Assembly: GCA_027310225.1 (NCBI GenBank)
Contig: DAIDBG010000117.1
Span: forward strand, 1-36,848
Length of the DNA: 36,848 nt
Direction: 5' to 3'
DNA from: a bacterium
GTDB lineage: Bacteria; Pseudomonadota; Gammaproteobacteria; Burkholderiales; SG8-41
Numbering within the stretch: the first letter of the stretch is position 1; each line of letters begins with the position of its first letter. The position numbers and the translations under genes are program-made. This document shows positions 25,683-35,687 of the stretch, one piece after another. The notes under the pieces are model-generated. The model saw only the letters and a program-made list of their open reading frames with translations, made no database searches and had not been told where the DNA came from.

Positions 25683-26921
25683 TCAGAGTTTTCGGAAAAC
25701 CAGGCTGCCGTTGGTGCCGCCGAATCCGAACGAGTTCGACACGGCAATGCCGATCTTCATCTTGCGCGCCGTGTTCGGAACGTAATCCAGATCACACTGC
25801 GGATCCTGGTTGAACAGGTTGATGGTCGGCGGGGCGATCTGGTCGCGCATCGCCAGCACCGAAAACACCGCCTCCACCCCGCCCGCGGCACCCAGTAGGT
25901 GCCCCGTCATGGATTTGGTCGAACTGATGGCAAGCTTTTTCGCATGCTCGCCGAAGCAGTTCCTGACCGCGACCGTTTCCGCGATGTCGCCAAGCGGTGT
26001 CGAGGTGCCATGGGCGTTGATGTAGTCCACCTCGTCGCGGTTGATGCCGGCGTTCCTGAGCGCGTTGGCCATGCAGCGCACCGCACCTTCCCCATCCTCG
26101 CACGGTGCGGTGATGTGATGCGCGTCGGCGCTCATGCCGTATCCGGCGAGCTCGCAATAGATGCGCGCCCCGCGCGTCTTGGCGTGCCCGTATTCCTCGA
26201 GCACCAGGATGCCCGCGCCTTCGCCCAGGACGAACCCGTCGCGATCCTTGTCCCAGGGCCGGCTGGCGGTTGCCGGATCGTCGTTGCGCAAGGACAGCGC
26301 GCGAGCAGCGCAAAAACCGCCGACGCCGAGCGGCGATATGCACGCCTCGGAGCCCCCGGCAATCATCACGTCCGCGTCGCCATACTCGATCAGGCGCCCG
26401 GCGTCGCCGATGCAATGGTTTGCAGTGGTGCACGCCGTCACCAGCGACAGGTTAGGGCCCTTGAGGCCGTACATGATCGAGAGCTGGCCGGAGATCATGT
26501 TGATGATGGTTCCCGGCACGAAGAACGGCGAGATCTTGCGCGGGCTGCCGGCAAGCACGGCGTTGTGCGTGTCCTCGATCAGGGGCAGCCCGCCGATGCC
26601 CGAGCCGATGCACACACCGACCTGCTCGCGCTGCTCGCGTTCGAAATCGAGACCCGTATCCTTGATCGCCTCGATCGCCGCCGCCAGCCCGTAGTGGATG
26701 AACGTATCGAATCGGCTCACCTCCTTCACCGAGAGGTAGCTCGCCGGGTCAAATCCCTTCACTTCGCCCGCGATCTGCGAGCTGTAGGCAGAAGGGTCAA
26801 AACGGGTGATGCGGGTGATCCCGGACCGGCCGGCGATGATGTTCTGCCAGGCCTCGGGGACCCCGGTCCCGACCGGGGAGACGATGCCGAGCCCGGTAAC
26901 GACTACTCTGCGTCTGGACAA
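25683..26921 (-). CDS. fabF: Beta-ketoacyl-ACP synthase II
   Basis: [41 protein letters not shown]; TTG start. Confidence 0.97.
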   Translation of the reverse strand: MSRRRVVVTGLGIVSPVGTGVPEAWQNIIAGRSGITRITRFDPSAYSSQIAGEVKGFDPASYLSVKEVSRFDTFIHYGLAAAIEAIKDTGLDFEREQREQVGVCIGSGIGGLPLIEDTHNAVLAGSPRKISPFFVPGTIINMISGQLSIMYGLKGPNLSLVTACTTANHCIGDAGRLIEYGDADVMIAGGSEACISPLGVGGFCAARALSLRNDDPATASRPWDKDRDGFVLGEGAGILVLEEYGHAKTRGARIYCELAGYGMSADAHHITAPCEDGEGAVRCMANALRNAGINRDEVDYINAHGTSTPLGDIAETVAVRNCFGEHAKKLAISSTKSMTGHLLGAAGGVEAVFSVLAMRDQIAPPTINLFNQDPQCDLDYVPNTARKMKIGIAVSNSFGFGGTNGSLVFRKL

Positions 26922-26945
26922 ATTCGCTCCGGACCGGGATGGGGC

Positions 26946-27185
26946 TCAGGACTTGAGGTGGGCCTTGATGTAGTCGACAGCCTGCTGGACGGTGGCGATC
27001 TTCTCCGCTTCCTCGTCGGGAATCTCGGTTTCGAACTCCTCCTCGAGCGCCATCACCAGTTCCACGGTGTCGAGCGAATCCGCGCCAAGGTCGTTCACGA
27101 ACGAAGACTCGTTCTTGACATCCGCCTCATTGACACCCAGTTGCTCGGCAACAATTTTCTTGACGCGTTGCTCGATGTTTTCCAT
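26946..27185 (-). CDS. acpP: Acyl carrier protein
   Basis: [20 protein letters not shown]. Confidence 0.98.
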   Translation of the reverse strand: MENIEQRVKKIVAEQLGVNEADVKNESSFVNDLGADSLDTVELVMALEEEFETEIPDEEAEKIATVQQAVDYIKAHLKS

Positions 27186-27329
27186 TCAGGTTCCCTTTCC
27201 TCTGGAGGATGAAAAAGCGCTTGATGAGTCAAAAACCCGGTTGTTGCGGGGAGCGACCGATGTCGAATCAGGGCGCTATTCTACCAGATTCGCATGTCAA
27301 AAAAACTGCGTGAATTCAATGGGCAACGT

Positions 27330-28067
27330 TCATTCCATGTGCATGCCGCCGTTCACGTGCAGGGTGCAGCCGGTCAGGTAGTCTGCGCCGGGTGATGCCA
27401 GGAACAGCACGGCTGCCGCCACGTCCTCCGGTCGTCCCAGCCGTCCCAGCGGAATCTGCTGGATCAGGGCGTTGCGCTGCTGCTCGCTGAGCGAGCTCGT
27501 CATGTCGGTGTGGATGAAGCCCGGCGCAACGCAGTTGACGGTGATGTTGCGGCTGCCGACCTCGCGCGCCAGCGCCCTGGAAAAGCCTATGATCCCGGCC
27601 TTGGCGGCGGCGTAATTGGTCTGCCCCGCGTTGCCGGTCGCCCCGACCACCGAGGTGATGTTGATGATGCGGCCGTAGCGCGCCTTCATCATCGGGCGCA
27701 GCACCAGCTTCGACAGCCGGTAAACCGACTTCAGGTCGGTCGCCATGATCTCGTCCCACTCCTCGTCCTTCATGCGCACCAGCAGGTTGTCGCGCGTGAT
27801 GCCGGCATTGTTGACGAGGATGGCGATGTCGCCGAACTGCTTCTGGATTTCCGCCGCGACGGACTCGGCCTGATGGGCGTCGTTGACGTTCAGCGCCATG
27901 CCCGTGCCTTTGACCCCGGCAAGATGGCGCTTCACGCCGGCAGCGCCGTCGGCGGTGGTCGCGGTGCCGACGACCATCGCGCCGTGCCTGCCCAGTTCCA
28001 GCGCGATCGCCTGTCCAATACCGCGCGAAGCGCCGGTGACGAGAGCGATTTTCCCTTCGAGCATCAT
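27330..28067 (-). CDS. fabG: 3-oxoacyl-ACP reductase
   Basis: TGASRGIG, NNAGITRD, YAAAK; start at ATG 28067. Confidence 0.97.
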   Translation of the reverse strand: MMLEGKIALVTGASRGIGQAIALELGRHGAMVVGTATTADGAAGVKRHLAGVKGTGMALNVNDAHQAESVAAEIQKQFGDIAILVNNAGITRDNLLVRMKDEEWDEIMATDLKSVYRLSKLVLRPMMKARYGRIINITSVVGATGNAGQTNYAAAKAGIIGFSRALAREVGSRNITVNCVAPGFIHTDMTSSLSEQQRNALIQQIPLGRLGRPEDVAAAVLFLASPGADYLTGCTLHVNGGMHME

Positions 28068-28996
28068 GACCGGAGGGCCTGCAATGCCTGTTCCAGCGAC
28101 TGAGGATCGGCGATCGCGTAGCCCTGGAGGCTGTCGTCTATGCGTCTGGTCAGTCCCGCCAGCACCTTGCCCGGGCCGCACTCCGCCACATGAGCGATGC
28201 CGGAGCCGGCGATGCGGCGCACGACCTCCACCCAGCGCACCGGGCTGCAGGCCTGGCGCGCAAGCGCGTCCTTGATGCACCGCGGGTCATTCTCGACCGC
28301 GACATCCACGTTGTTCACCAGCGGGATGTGGGGTGCGGTGAAATTCACTTTTTCGAGATAGCCGGCAAGCCGCTCTGCCGCAGGCTTGAGCAGCGAGGAA
28401 TGAAACGGCGCGCTTACCGGCAGCATGACCGCCCGCTTCGCTCCTTTCGCTTTCGCCGCCGCCACACCGCGCTCCACCGCAGCCTTGTGACCGGCGATCA
28501 CCACCTGGCTCGGGGCGTTAAAGTTGACCGGCTCCACCATCTGGCCCTGCCCCGCTTCGTTGCATACGGCATGCACCCTGTCGTCGTCGAGCCCGAGTAT
28601 CGCCGCCATCGCGCCCTCGCCCGCCGCTACCGCTTCCTGCATCGCCTGGGCACGAAATCGAACCAGAAGCAGCGCGTCGCGGAACGTCACAGCTCCCGCC
28701 GCTACCAGCGCGGTGTATTCGCCGAGGCTGTGGCCGGCGACCATTGCAGGGTCGGCTCCGCCCGCCTCGCGCCAGGCGCGGTATACCGCATAGCCTGCGG
28801 TCAACATTACCGGTTGTGTGTTGATCGTGGCATTGAGCTCTTCGGCCGGTCCTTCCACAACCAGCCTCCACAGGTCCCGGTGCAGCACTTCGGAAGCCTC
28901 GGCAAACGTCGCGCGCACCGCGCTGGACCCGGCGAACGCCAGCATCATGCCGACCGACTGCGAGCCCTGCCCGGGGAAGACGAAAGCGAACTTCAT
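28064..28996 (-). CDS. fabD: Malonyl-CoA-ACP transacylase
   Basis: FVFPGQGSQ, GHSLGEY, SAPFHS; start at ATG 28996. Confidence 0.97.
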   Translation of the reverse strand: MKFAFVFPGQGSQSVGMMLAFAGSSAVRATFAEASEVLHRDLWRLVVEGPAEELNATINTQPVMLTAGYAVYRAWREAGGADPAMVAGHSLGEYTALVAAGAVTFRDALLLVRFRAQAMQEAVAAGEGAMAAILGLDDDRVHAVCNEAGQGQMVEPVNFNAPSQVVIAGHKAAVERGVAAAKAKGAKRAVMLPVSAPFHSSLLKPAAERLAGYLEKVNFTAPHIPLVNNVDVAVENDPRCIKDALARQACSPVRWVEVVRRIAGSGIAHVAECGPGKVLAGLTRRIDDSLQGYAIADPQSLEQALQALRS

Positions 28997-29000
28997 CGCG

Positions 29001-29972
29001 TCACCATCGCACCAGGACTGCACCCCAGGTGAAGCCGCCGCCCACGCCCTCCAGCAGCACGCGCTGGCCGGAGCGGATGCGCCCGTCGCGCACCGCTTCG
29101 TCGAGCGCGAGGGGGATCGAGGCAGCCGACGTGTTGGCGTGGCGATCCACCGTCACCACCACCTTTTTCATGCTCATGCCGAGCTTTTTTGCCGTGGCCT
29201 GGATGATGCGGATGTTGGCCTGGTGCGGGATCAGCCAGTCAATGTCGGTCTTCTGCAGCCCATTGGCCGCGAGCGTTTCCTCGACGACCTCGTCCAGTAC
29301 CTTCACCGCGAACTTGAACACGCCACCGCCGTCCATCTGCAGCAGCGGCCGCCCGCTCGCCTTGCCGCCACGCACGGTCCCGGGCACCGACAGCATGCCG
29401 GCGTACGACCCGTCCGCGTGGAGGTGGCTCGACAGGATGCCGGGAACATCGCTGCGCCTGAGCACGGCCGCTCCCGCGCCGTCGCCGAACAGCACGCAGG
29501 TGGCGCGGTCATTCCAGTCCAGGATGCGCGAGTACACTTCGGCGCCCACGACAAGGGCGTGCCGGCAGCTGCCCGAACGCACGAACTGGTCGGCGATGGC
29601 CAAGCCATAGATGAAGCCGCTGCACACCGCCTGCACGTCGAACGCGGGGCAGTTGCGCGCGCCGAGCTTGGACTGCAGCAAGCACGCCGTGCTCGGAAAC
29701 ACCATGTCGGGCGTGGTGGTGGCAACCACGATGAGATCGATGTCCGCGGGCGCGATCCCCGCCGCCTCCAGCGCCTTGCGGCTTGCCCGAAGCGCGAGGT
29801 CGCTCGCGTTCTCTCCTTCCGCCGCGACGTGGCGCTCCCGGATCCCGGTGCGCGTGTAGATCCACTCGTCGGTGGTATCCACCATCCGTTCGAGGTCCCG
29901 GTTGGTGAGGACCTTTGCCGGGAGATAACTGCCGGTGCCGGCGATTCTTGAATAGTTATAGTTGCTGTTCAC
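29001..29972 (-). CDS. fabH: Beta-ketoacyl-ACP synthase III
   Basis: [36 protein letters not shown]. Confidence 0.97.
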   Translation of the reverse strand: MNSNYNYSRIAGTGSYLPAKVLTNRDLERMVDTTDEWIYTRTGIRERHVAAEGENASDLALRASRKALEAAGIAPADIDLIVVATTTPDMVFPSTACLLQSKLGARNCPAFDVQAVCSGFIYGLAIADQFVRSGSCRHALVVGAEVYSRILDWNDRATCVLFGDGAGAAVLRRSDVPGILSSHLHADGSYAGMLSVPGTVRGGKASGRPLLQMDGGGVFKFAVKVLDEVVEETLAANGLQKTDIDWLIPHQANIRIIQATAKKLGMSMKKVVVTVDRHANTSAASIPLALDEAVRDGRIRSGQRVLLEGVGGGFTWGAVLVRW

Positions 29973-30985
29973 GCGGCGCTCTTGTGTATGGCAGCCATGC
30001 GCTCTGTGATGTGTGCGAGCACCCCGGTGCGCGCTTCCTCCGCTGCGCGCTGAATGGCGAACTCGAAGGCGTAGGCGTCGGCCGAGCCGTGGCTCTTGAT
30101 GACGATGCCGCGCAGCCCGAGCAGGCTCGCGCCGTTGTAGCGCCGGTGATCAACGCGGTGCTTGAAGGCGTTGATCACCGGCAGCGCCATCAGTCCCGCC
30201 AGCCTGTTGTACAGGCTGTGCCTGAATTCCTCGCGCAGATAGGTCGCGAGCATCTGCGCCAGGCCTTCGGAGGCCTTGAGCACGACGTTGCCGACGAAGC
30301 CGTCGCACACGACGACGTCGGTGGCACCCTTGTAGATGTCGTCGCCCTCGACGTAGCCGTAGAAGTTGAGGCCGCTCGCGCGCATGAGCTCCGCAGCGCG
30401 TTTTACCACATCATTGCCCTTGATATCCTCCACCCCGACATTGAGCAGCCCGACGGTGGGGCGCTCCTTGCGCTCCACCGAGATCACCAGCTCCGAGCAC
30501 ATGATGCCGAACTGCAGTAGGTGCTCCGGCGTGCAATCAACGTTGGCGCCGAGGTCGAGAATGTGGGTGTGGCCCTTGAGCGTCGGCAGGATCGTCGCGA
30601 TTGCCGGGCGGTCGATGCCGGGTAGCGTCTTCAGCACGAAACGCGATATGGCCATCAGCGCGCCGGTGTTGCCGGCGCTGACGCAGGCGGCGGCATCTCC
30701 CTGTCCGACCAGGTTTGCCGCGACGCGTATCGAGGAATCCTTCTTGCTGCGCAGCGCCACCGCCGGCGCTTCGTCCATTCCAACGATCTCGCTCGCGTTC
30801 TGGACTCTCAACCGCGGGCCGGGCCGGGCGCCAAGGCGCGAGAGCTCCTGCTCGACCCTGTCGCGCCGTCCGACCAGGATGAACGATATCCCCGGATCGC
30901 GGCGCATCGCGTGCAGCACCGCCGGCACCGTCACGGGCACGCCGCGGTCGCCCCCCATACAATCGATGGCAACGGTCACGTCCAT
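29969..30985 (-). CDS. plsX: Phosphate acyltransferase PlsX
   Basis: [35 protein letters not shown]. Confidence 0.97.
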   Translation of the reverse strand: MDVTVAIDCMGGDRGVPVTVPAVLHAMRRDPGISFILVGRRDRVEQELSRLGARPGPRLRVQNASEIVGMDEAPAVALRSKKDSSIRVAANLVGQGDAAACVSAGNTGALMAISRFVLKTLPGIDRPAIATILPTLKGHTHILDLGANVDCTPEHLLQFGIMCSELVISVERKERPTVGLLNVGVEDIKGNDVVKRAAELMRASGLNFYGYVEGDDIYKGATDVVVCDGFVGNVVLKASEGLAQMLATYLREEFRHSLYNRLAGLMALPVINAFKHRVDHRRYNGASLLGLRGIVIKSHGSADAYAFEFAIQRAAEEARTGVLAHITERMAAIHKSAA

Positions 30986-31060
30986 CCGCAACCCTCCTCC
31001 GCGGTGCGCCTCATGGTCGCCCGAGCGCGCGCCGGTCTTGTTTGGAAGCCGGGCGAACGC

Positions 31061-31240
31061 TTATTCGCCCTTGGCCTTGACGACTTTTTTGCCGCGATAA
31101 TAACCGTTGGGGCTGATGTGGTGCCGCAGATGCACTTCACCGGTGGTCGGCTCGATCGCCAGCGGGGGGTTGGACAGCGCGTCGTGCGAGCGGTGCATGC
31201 CGCGCTTCGACGGCGACTTTTTGTTCTGCTGAACTGCCAT
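31061..31240 (-). CDS. rpmF: 50S ribosomal protein L32 (below the ORF-track cutoff)
   Basis: [22 protein letters not shown]...[17 protein letters not shown], 59 aa; GGAG RBS. Confidence 0.97.
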   Translation of the reverse strand: MAVQQNKKSPSKRGMHRSHDALSNPPLAIEPTTGEVHLRHHISPNGYYRGKKVVKAKGE

Positions 31241-31258
31241 GTCAATGCTCCTTGCGTG

Positions 31259-31759
31259 TCAATTCAATTCCTTCTTCAGCGCGGCCAGCCTGGCGAACGG
31301 CGAGGCCTCTGCCTCTTTCCTCCGCCGTTCCAGAGCCTGTCCGCAGCAGCCTTCGGCATGCCGCGGGGCGTACGGCAGGCTCAGGATGATCTCGTCCTCG
31401 ATCAGGCCCGCCACATCGAGTTCGGCGCTCGCCTCGATCCATTCGATATCCCCGTCGTCCGGCGCGCCGGAGGCGACTTCGGCGCGATCCGCCAGCAGCA
31501 GCGTGTTGACGAGCCGCAGAGTATGATCAAGCGGCGCCAGGCAACGCTGGCACCGCAAGCGCAGCGCGCCGTGGATGTCGAGCGTGAGGATCGGCCGCCG
31601 CCGGACGTCGTAGCCGCCCGTTACCACAAACCCGACTTCGCCAAGGGCGTCGAACAAGCTGTCCTGCAACCGCGACAAGCCGGAAACCGGCAGGCTGCCG
31701 CGCAATGTCTGCCCGGTCCTGATGAATTCCAGGCTATCGATTACAGTCTGTGCAGACAT
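31259..31759 (-). CDS. yceD: YceD/DUF177 family protein
   Basis: CQRCL, IEDEIILSLP.APRH, SPFA.LA.LK; upstream of rpmF. Confidence 0.92.
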   Translation of the reverse strand: MSAQTVIDSLEFIRTGQTLRGSLPVSGLSRLQDSLFDALGEVGFVVTGGYDVRRRPILTLDIHGALRLRCQRCLAPLDHTLRLVNTLLLADRAEVASGAPDDGDIEWIEASAELDVAGLIEDEIILSLPYAPRHAEGCCGQALERRRKEAEASPFARLAALKKELN

Positions 31760-31790
31760 CCGCCACAGCCCGTGCAGACATAAGCGGCGC

Positions 31791-31819
31791 ATGATAGTAT
31801 TTTTGCGCTGCCCTGTCAA
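31791..31819 (-). promoter_or_regulatory. Sigma70 promoter of the yceD-rpmF-plsX-fab operon
   Basis: Minus strand TTGACA, 17 bp, TATCAT. Confidence 0.8.
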
Positions 31820-31874
31820 AGAGAATTCAGCAAAAATTCCAGATTTGGCAGAGACTTAGGAACATTGCCCGGCC

Positions 31875-32459
31875 TTGGATTCCTCCCGGATCGTGCTCGC
31901 CTCGACTTCGCCGTATCGGCACGCCCTGCTGGCGCGTCTGCGGCTGCCGTTCGAGGTCAGGGACCCTGCCGTGGACGAAGCCGCCCTGCCCGGCGAAGCC
32001 GCGCCGGATACGGCGGCGCGGCTGGCTGAAGCCAAGGCCCGCGCGGTGGCCCCGTCGTTCCCCGCCGCCCTCATCATCGGCTGCGATCAGGTCGCCGCGT
32101 TCGACGGTCGCGCCCTCGGCAAGCCCGGTGGCCATGTCAATGCAGTGGCGCAACTCAGGTCCCTGCGTGGCAAACAGGTGCTGTTTCACACCGCGCTCGC
32201 CGTTCTCAACACCGCGAGCGGCAAGCTGCAAGCCGCCAACGTGCCGACTGCCGTTTACTTCCGGAATTACAGCGACCAGGAGATCGAGCGCTATCTTGAG
32301 CTGGAACGTCCTTACGACTGCGCGGGCAGCGCCAGGATCGAGGGGCTCGGCATCGCGCTTGTCGAGCGCGTTGCGGGAGACGATCCGAGCGCCTTGATCG
32401 GGCTGCCGCTGATGCGGCTCTCCGCCATGCTGCGGAATGAGGGCATCTCCGTTGTCTGA
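31875..32459 (+). CDS. Maf family nucleotide pyrophosphatase (YceF-like)
   Basis: LASTSPYR..LL, AKARAV, IGCDQVA, GKP, CAGS.RIEG.G, LIGLP. Confidence 0.94.
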   Translation: MDSSRIVLASTSPYRHALLARLRLPFEVRDPAVDEAALPGEAAPDTAARLAEAKARAVAPSFPAALIIGCDQVAAFDGRALGKPGGHVNAVAQLRSLRGKQVLFHTALAVLNTASGKLQAANVPTAVYFRNYSDQEIERYLELERPYDCAGSARIEGLGIALVERVAGDDPSALIGLPLMRLSAMLRNEGISVV

Positions 32460-33183
32460 ATCACGCGCCGCGCGTTTCGGCACGGGGACGCTTTATCTGG
32501 TACCCGTCGCGCTGGGGGATGGCGGCGCGTCCCCGGTGCTGCCGCCGGCCACGCTCGAAGTGGTGCGCAGCCTGCACGCGTTCGTCGTGGAAAATGCGAA
32601 ATCAGCCCGGCGTTTCCTCAAGTCGGTTGCCTATCCCCACCCGCTGCGGCAGGCTCGTTTCTGCGTGCTCGACGAGCATACGCGCGAGGGTGACCTCGAT
32701 GCGTTGCTCGCGCCGCTGCTCGCGGGCGAGGATTGGGGACTGATGTCGGAGGCCGGCTGTCCAACTGTGGCCGATCCCGGCGCAGCACTGGTGCGGCGCG
32801 CACACGACGCCGGCGTTCGCGTGGTGCCGCTCGTCGGCCCTTCTTCCATTGTGCTGGCGCTGATGGCGTCCGGCATGAACGGCCAGCGCTTCACGTTCCA
32901 CGGCTACCTGCCGGTGGACAGGGCGGAGCGCGCCGCCAGGGTCAGGGAAATCGAGGCCAGGGCGCACCAGGCGACGCAGGTCTTCATCGAGACGCCCTAC
33001 CGCAATCCAGCCCTGCTGCAGTCGCTGCTCGAGACCTGCCGCGCCGACACCCTGCTCTGCATCGCAGCCGATCTCACCCTTCCTGCCGAATTCATCGCGA
33101 CGCGCGTCATCGCCGACTGGAAAAAAAAGCCGCCGGATCTCAACCAGCGGCCCGCCGTATTCCTGCTGTCGCGCGCAAGCTAG
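32452..33183 (+). CDS. SAM-dependent methyltransferase (RsmI-like)
   Basis: LYLVPV.LG, SEAGCP.VADPG, LVGPSS..LAL.ASG, FIETPYRN; start uncertain. Confidence 0.88.
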   Translation: MSESRAARFGTGTLYLVPVALGDGGASPVLPPATLEVVRSLHAFVVENAKSARRFLKSVAYPHPLRQARFCVLDEHTREGDLDALLAPLLAGEDWGLMSEAGCPTVADPGAALVRRAHDAGVRVVPLVGPSSIVLALMASGMNGQRFTFHGYLPVDRAERAARVREIEARAHQATQVFIETPYRNPALLQSLLETCRADTLLCIAADLTLPAEFIATRVIADWKKKPPDLNQRPAVFLLSRAS

Positions 33184-34139
33184 CGCAGCGTCATTCCCTG
33201 GAGGATGCCGAAGCGCGCCAAGCCTTCGGCCACTCCCGCGCCGAGCCTTTTCGCCAGGCGTTCCGCGACGTTCTCGCGCGGCGTGAAATCAACGATGTCC
33301 TCGGCCTTGATCACCTCGCGCGCCACGTATTCGACGCTGCCGAGCCCATCGGCAAGCCCGAGGTCTATGCTTTTCTGCCCGACCCACAGCAGCCCGGAGA
33401 ACATCTCCGGCGTTTCCTTCAGCCGTTTGCCGCGGCCCTGCCGCACCACGCCAATGAACTGCTGGTGAATCTGGTCGAGCAACTGCTGCGCGTACTCCTT
33501 CTGCGACTCGAGGATCGGCGAGAACGGGTCGAGAAAACCCTTGTTCTCGCCGGCAGCAAGCAGCCTGCGCTCAATACCGAGCTTTTCCATCGTGCCGGTA
33601 AACCCGAAGCCGTCCATCAGCACGCCGATGGAGCCGATGATGCTCGCCTTGTTCACGTAGATCCTGTCCGCGGCAACGGCCACATAATATCCGCCGGAGG
33701 CGCCGATGTCCTCGATCACCGCGTACACGGGGATCGCCGGATACTTGGCGCGCAGCCGCCGGATCTCGTCGTTGATGTACCCCGCCTGCACCGGGCTGCC
33801 TCCCGGGCTGTTGATGCGCAGGATCACGCCCCGAGTGCGCTTGTCCTTGAACGCCTCCTGCAGCCCCGAGTTGATGTTGTCCGCGCTCGCGGCGCCGTCG
33901 GCCGCGAGCACACCGCGCACCTCGACCAGGGCGGTGAGTTTTCCCGGGGCGGTCTCTTTCTTGCCGAGCCAGCCCATGCCGACGAACAGCAGCGCGAACA
34001 GGTAAACAAACAGGAGCAGCTTGAAGAAAATCCCTCAGTACCGAGCGCGGCGCTGCTCCTGGATCGCCGCCAGCGCGACTTTTTCTATCGTTTGGCGTTC
34101 CCAGCTGGTGCCGGAATCGCTCGGTCCGAGTTCAGCCAT
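33180..34139 (-). pseudogene. S49 family peptidase (SppA-like) interrupted by an in-frame TGA at codon 35
   Basis: One frame from ATG 34139: WERQTIEKVALAAIQEQRRARY*GIFFK...INSPGGSP, ASGGYY, GSIGV; TGA at 34035-34037. Confidence 0.85.
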
Positions 34140-34247
34140 GTCCACTCACTTTCGATCAGTTACGCTGCGCCGCCCCCGCCGCCGGAGGGCTTGCGGAAGC
34201 AGGTTCATGGCCCAAGTATAGCTTGGAGTGATCGAACAATTCATCCT

Positions 34248-34286
34248 CCCCCGGTCGAACACCGGCAGGTCAAAACGCCTGGGCAC
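34248..34286 (-). pseudogene. N-terminal remnant of a HAD-IA hydrolase
   Basis: GTG start overlapping the rluC end gives VPRRFDLPVFDRG, resembling MPRRFDLLVFDWDG; the rest is missing. Confidence 0.6.
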
Positions 34287-35238
34287 GGCGCGCCTCCCCG
34301 GCATCGAGCGCGGCGAGAAACGCCCGCAGTTCCTCCGGCAGCGGCGCCTCCAGCACCAGCGTCGCGCCGCTTTGAGGGTGCGAGATCACGGTCTTGCATG
34401 CATGCAGGAACATCCGCTTGAGCCCTTGGCGTGCCAGCTCCTTGTTCAGCGCGAAGTCCCCGTACTTGTCATCGCCGGCGATGGGAAAGCCGAGATGTGC
34501 CAGATGCACGCGGATCTGGTGGGTGCGCCCGGTCTTGAGCTCCGCTTCGAGCAGGCTGTACCCGCTCCACGACCGGTCCAGCCGGAATACGGTATGGGCG
34601 GGCATCCCGTCGCGGGCGACGCCGACGCGGCGCTCGCCCGAGGCAAGCACGTATTTGTTGAGCGGCAGCTTGACGCTGCGCCGATCGTCGCGCCAGCGCC
34701 CTTTCACTAGAGCGAGATAGAACTTCTGCACCCTTCCTTCGCGCAGCTGCCGGTGCAACGCGGTGAGCGCCGAGCGTCGCTTGGCGAGCATCAGCACGCC
34801 CGAAGTATCGCGATCGAGCCGGTGGATCAGCTCGAGAAAATGCGCTGCGGGCCGCTCCAGCCGCAGGTGCTCGATTACGCCGTGGCTGACGCCGCTGCCC
34901 CCGTGCGCTGCCACCCCTGCCGGCTTGTTGATGACCAGCAGCGCGTCGTCCTCGTAAAGCGTGCCGGCACGCAGGGGGGTGCGGGGTAGCGCCTGCGTGG
35001 CGCGTGGCCGCGACGCCGTCCGGACAGGAGGGATGCGCAGCCGGTCGCCCTCTTTTAGCCGGTAATCAGGCCCCACCCGCCCGCTGTTTACCCTCACCTC
35101 GCCGCTGCGCAGGATGCGATAGACGTGACTCTTCGGGACGCCTTTCAACCACTTAGTCAGATAGTTGTCCACGCGCTGGCCGGCGGCGTCGGCTCCCACC
35201 TCGTGCCTGGTCGCGATTTCTTTACTTAACTCTTTCAT
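34270..35238 (-). CDS. rluC: 23S rRNA pseudouridine synthase RluC
   Basis: S4 domain (GQRVDNYL, PKSHVYRILR.GEVRVN), HRLDRDTSG, TGRTHQIRVH; divergent from rne. Confidence 0.95.
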   Translation of the reverse strand: MKELSKEIATRHEVGADAAGQRVDNYLTKWLKGVPKSHVYRILRSGEVRVNSGRVGPDYRLKEGDRLRIPPVRTASRPRATQALPRTPLRAGTLYEDDALLVINKPAGVAAHGGSGVSHGVIEHLRLERPAAHFLELIHRLDRDTSGVLMLAKRRSALTALHRQLREGRVQKFYLALVKGRWRDDRRSVKLPLNKYVLASGERRVGVARDGMPAHTVFRLDRSWSGYSLLEAELKTGRTHQIRVHLAHLGFPIAGDDKYGDFALNKELARQGLKRMFLHACKTVISHPQSGATLVLEAPLPEELRAFLAALDAGEARRAQAF

Positions 35239-35249
35239 TTGTTTATACT
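35221..35249 (+). promoter_or_regulatory. Candidate rne promoter overlapping the rluC start
   Basis: TTTACT (35221-26), 17 bp, TATACT (35244-49). Confidence 0.55.
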
Positions 35250-35687
35250 ATTCAAGGCATACCGTAGGGCGCGCATGCGCGGTAACGTTATGAACCACCG
35301 CCGGCGGGCCGAGGATCGTTGAGCACCCGTGAGGCGACAGCAGGCGGGAGGCGGACATCTGGACGGTGTGCCGAACACAGCCGCGCGAACGGGTTGCAAT
35401 GCAACAGGGCAGCAGAAACGCGCCACGCACGACCGGCTGAACCGGATGGTTAACGTCGCTCACCAGACGAAGTAGCGATACTAGACGAATTACGCGCTCA
35501 AGGCACTGTTAAGGAATTCTGAATCCGGCTCAGCTGCCGGATTCCCGCGGCAAACTGCACGAGACATCGGATACTTCACGTCCAATATGCTCATGCCACG
35601 CGACTGAACCAGTCGGTGCCGCCTGCCCGAATAAGAGCAGGCGTGGGGTTTGCCCCATCCCGTGTTTGAGCGCGGGAGAAGATAACA

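Noticed and set aside
34035-34037. TGA as selenocysteine or an alternative genetic code
   Set aside because: The position is a Trp, not a Cys, in homologues; TGA is the normal stop of many genes here.
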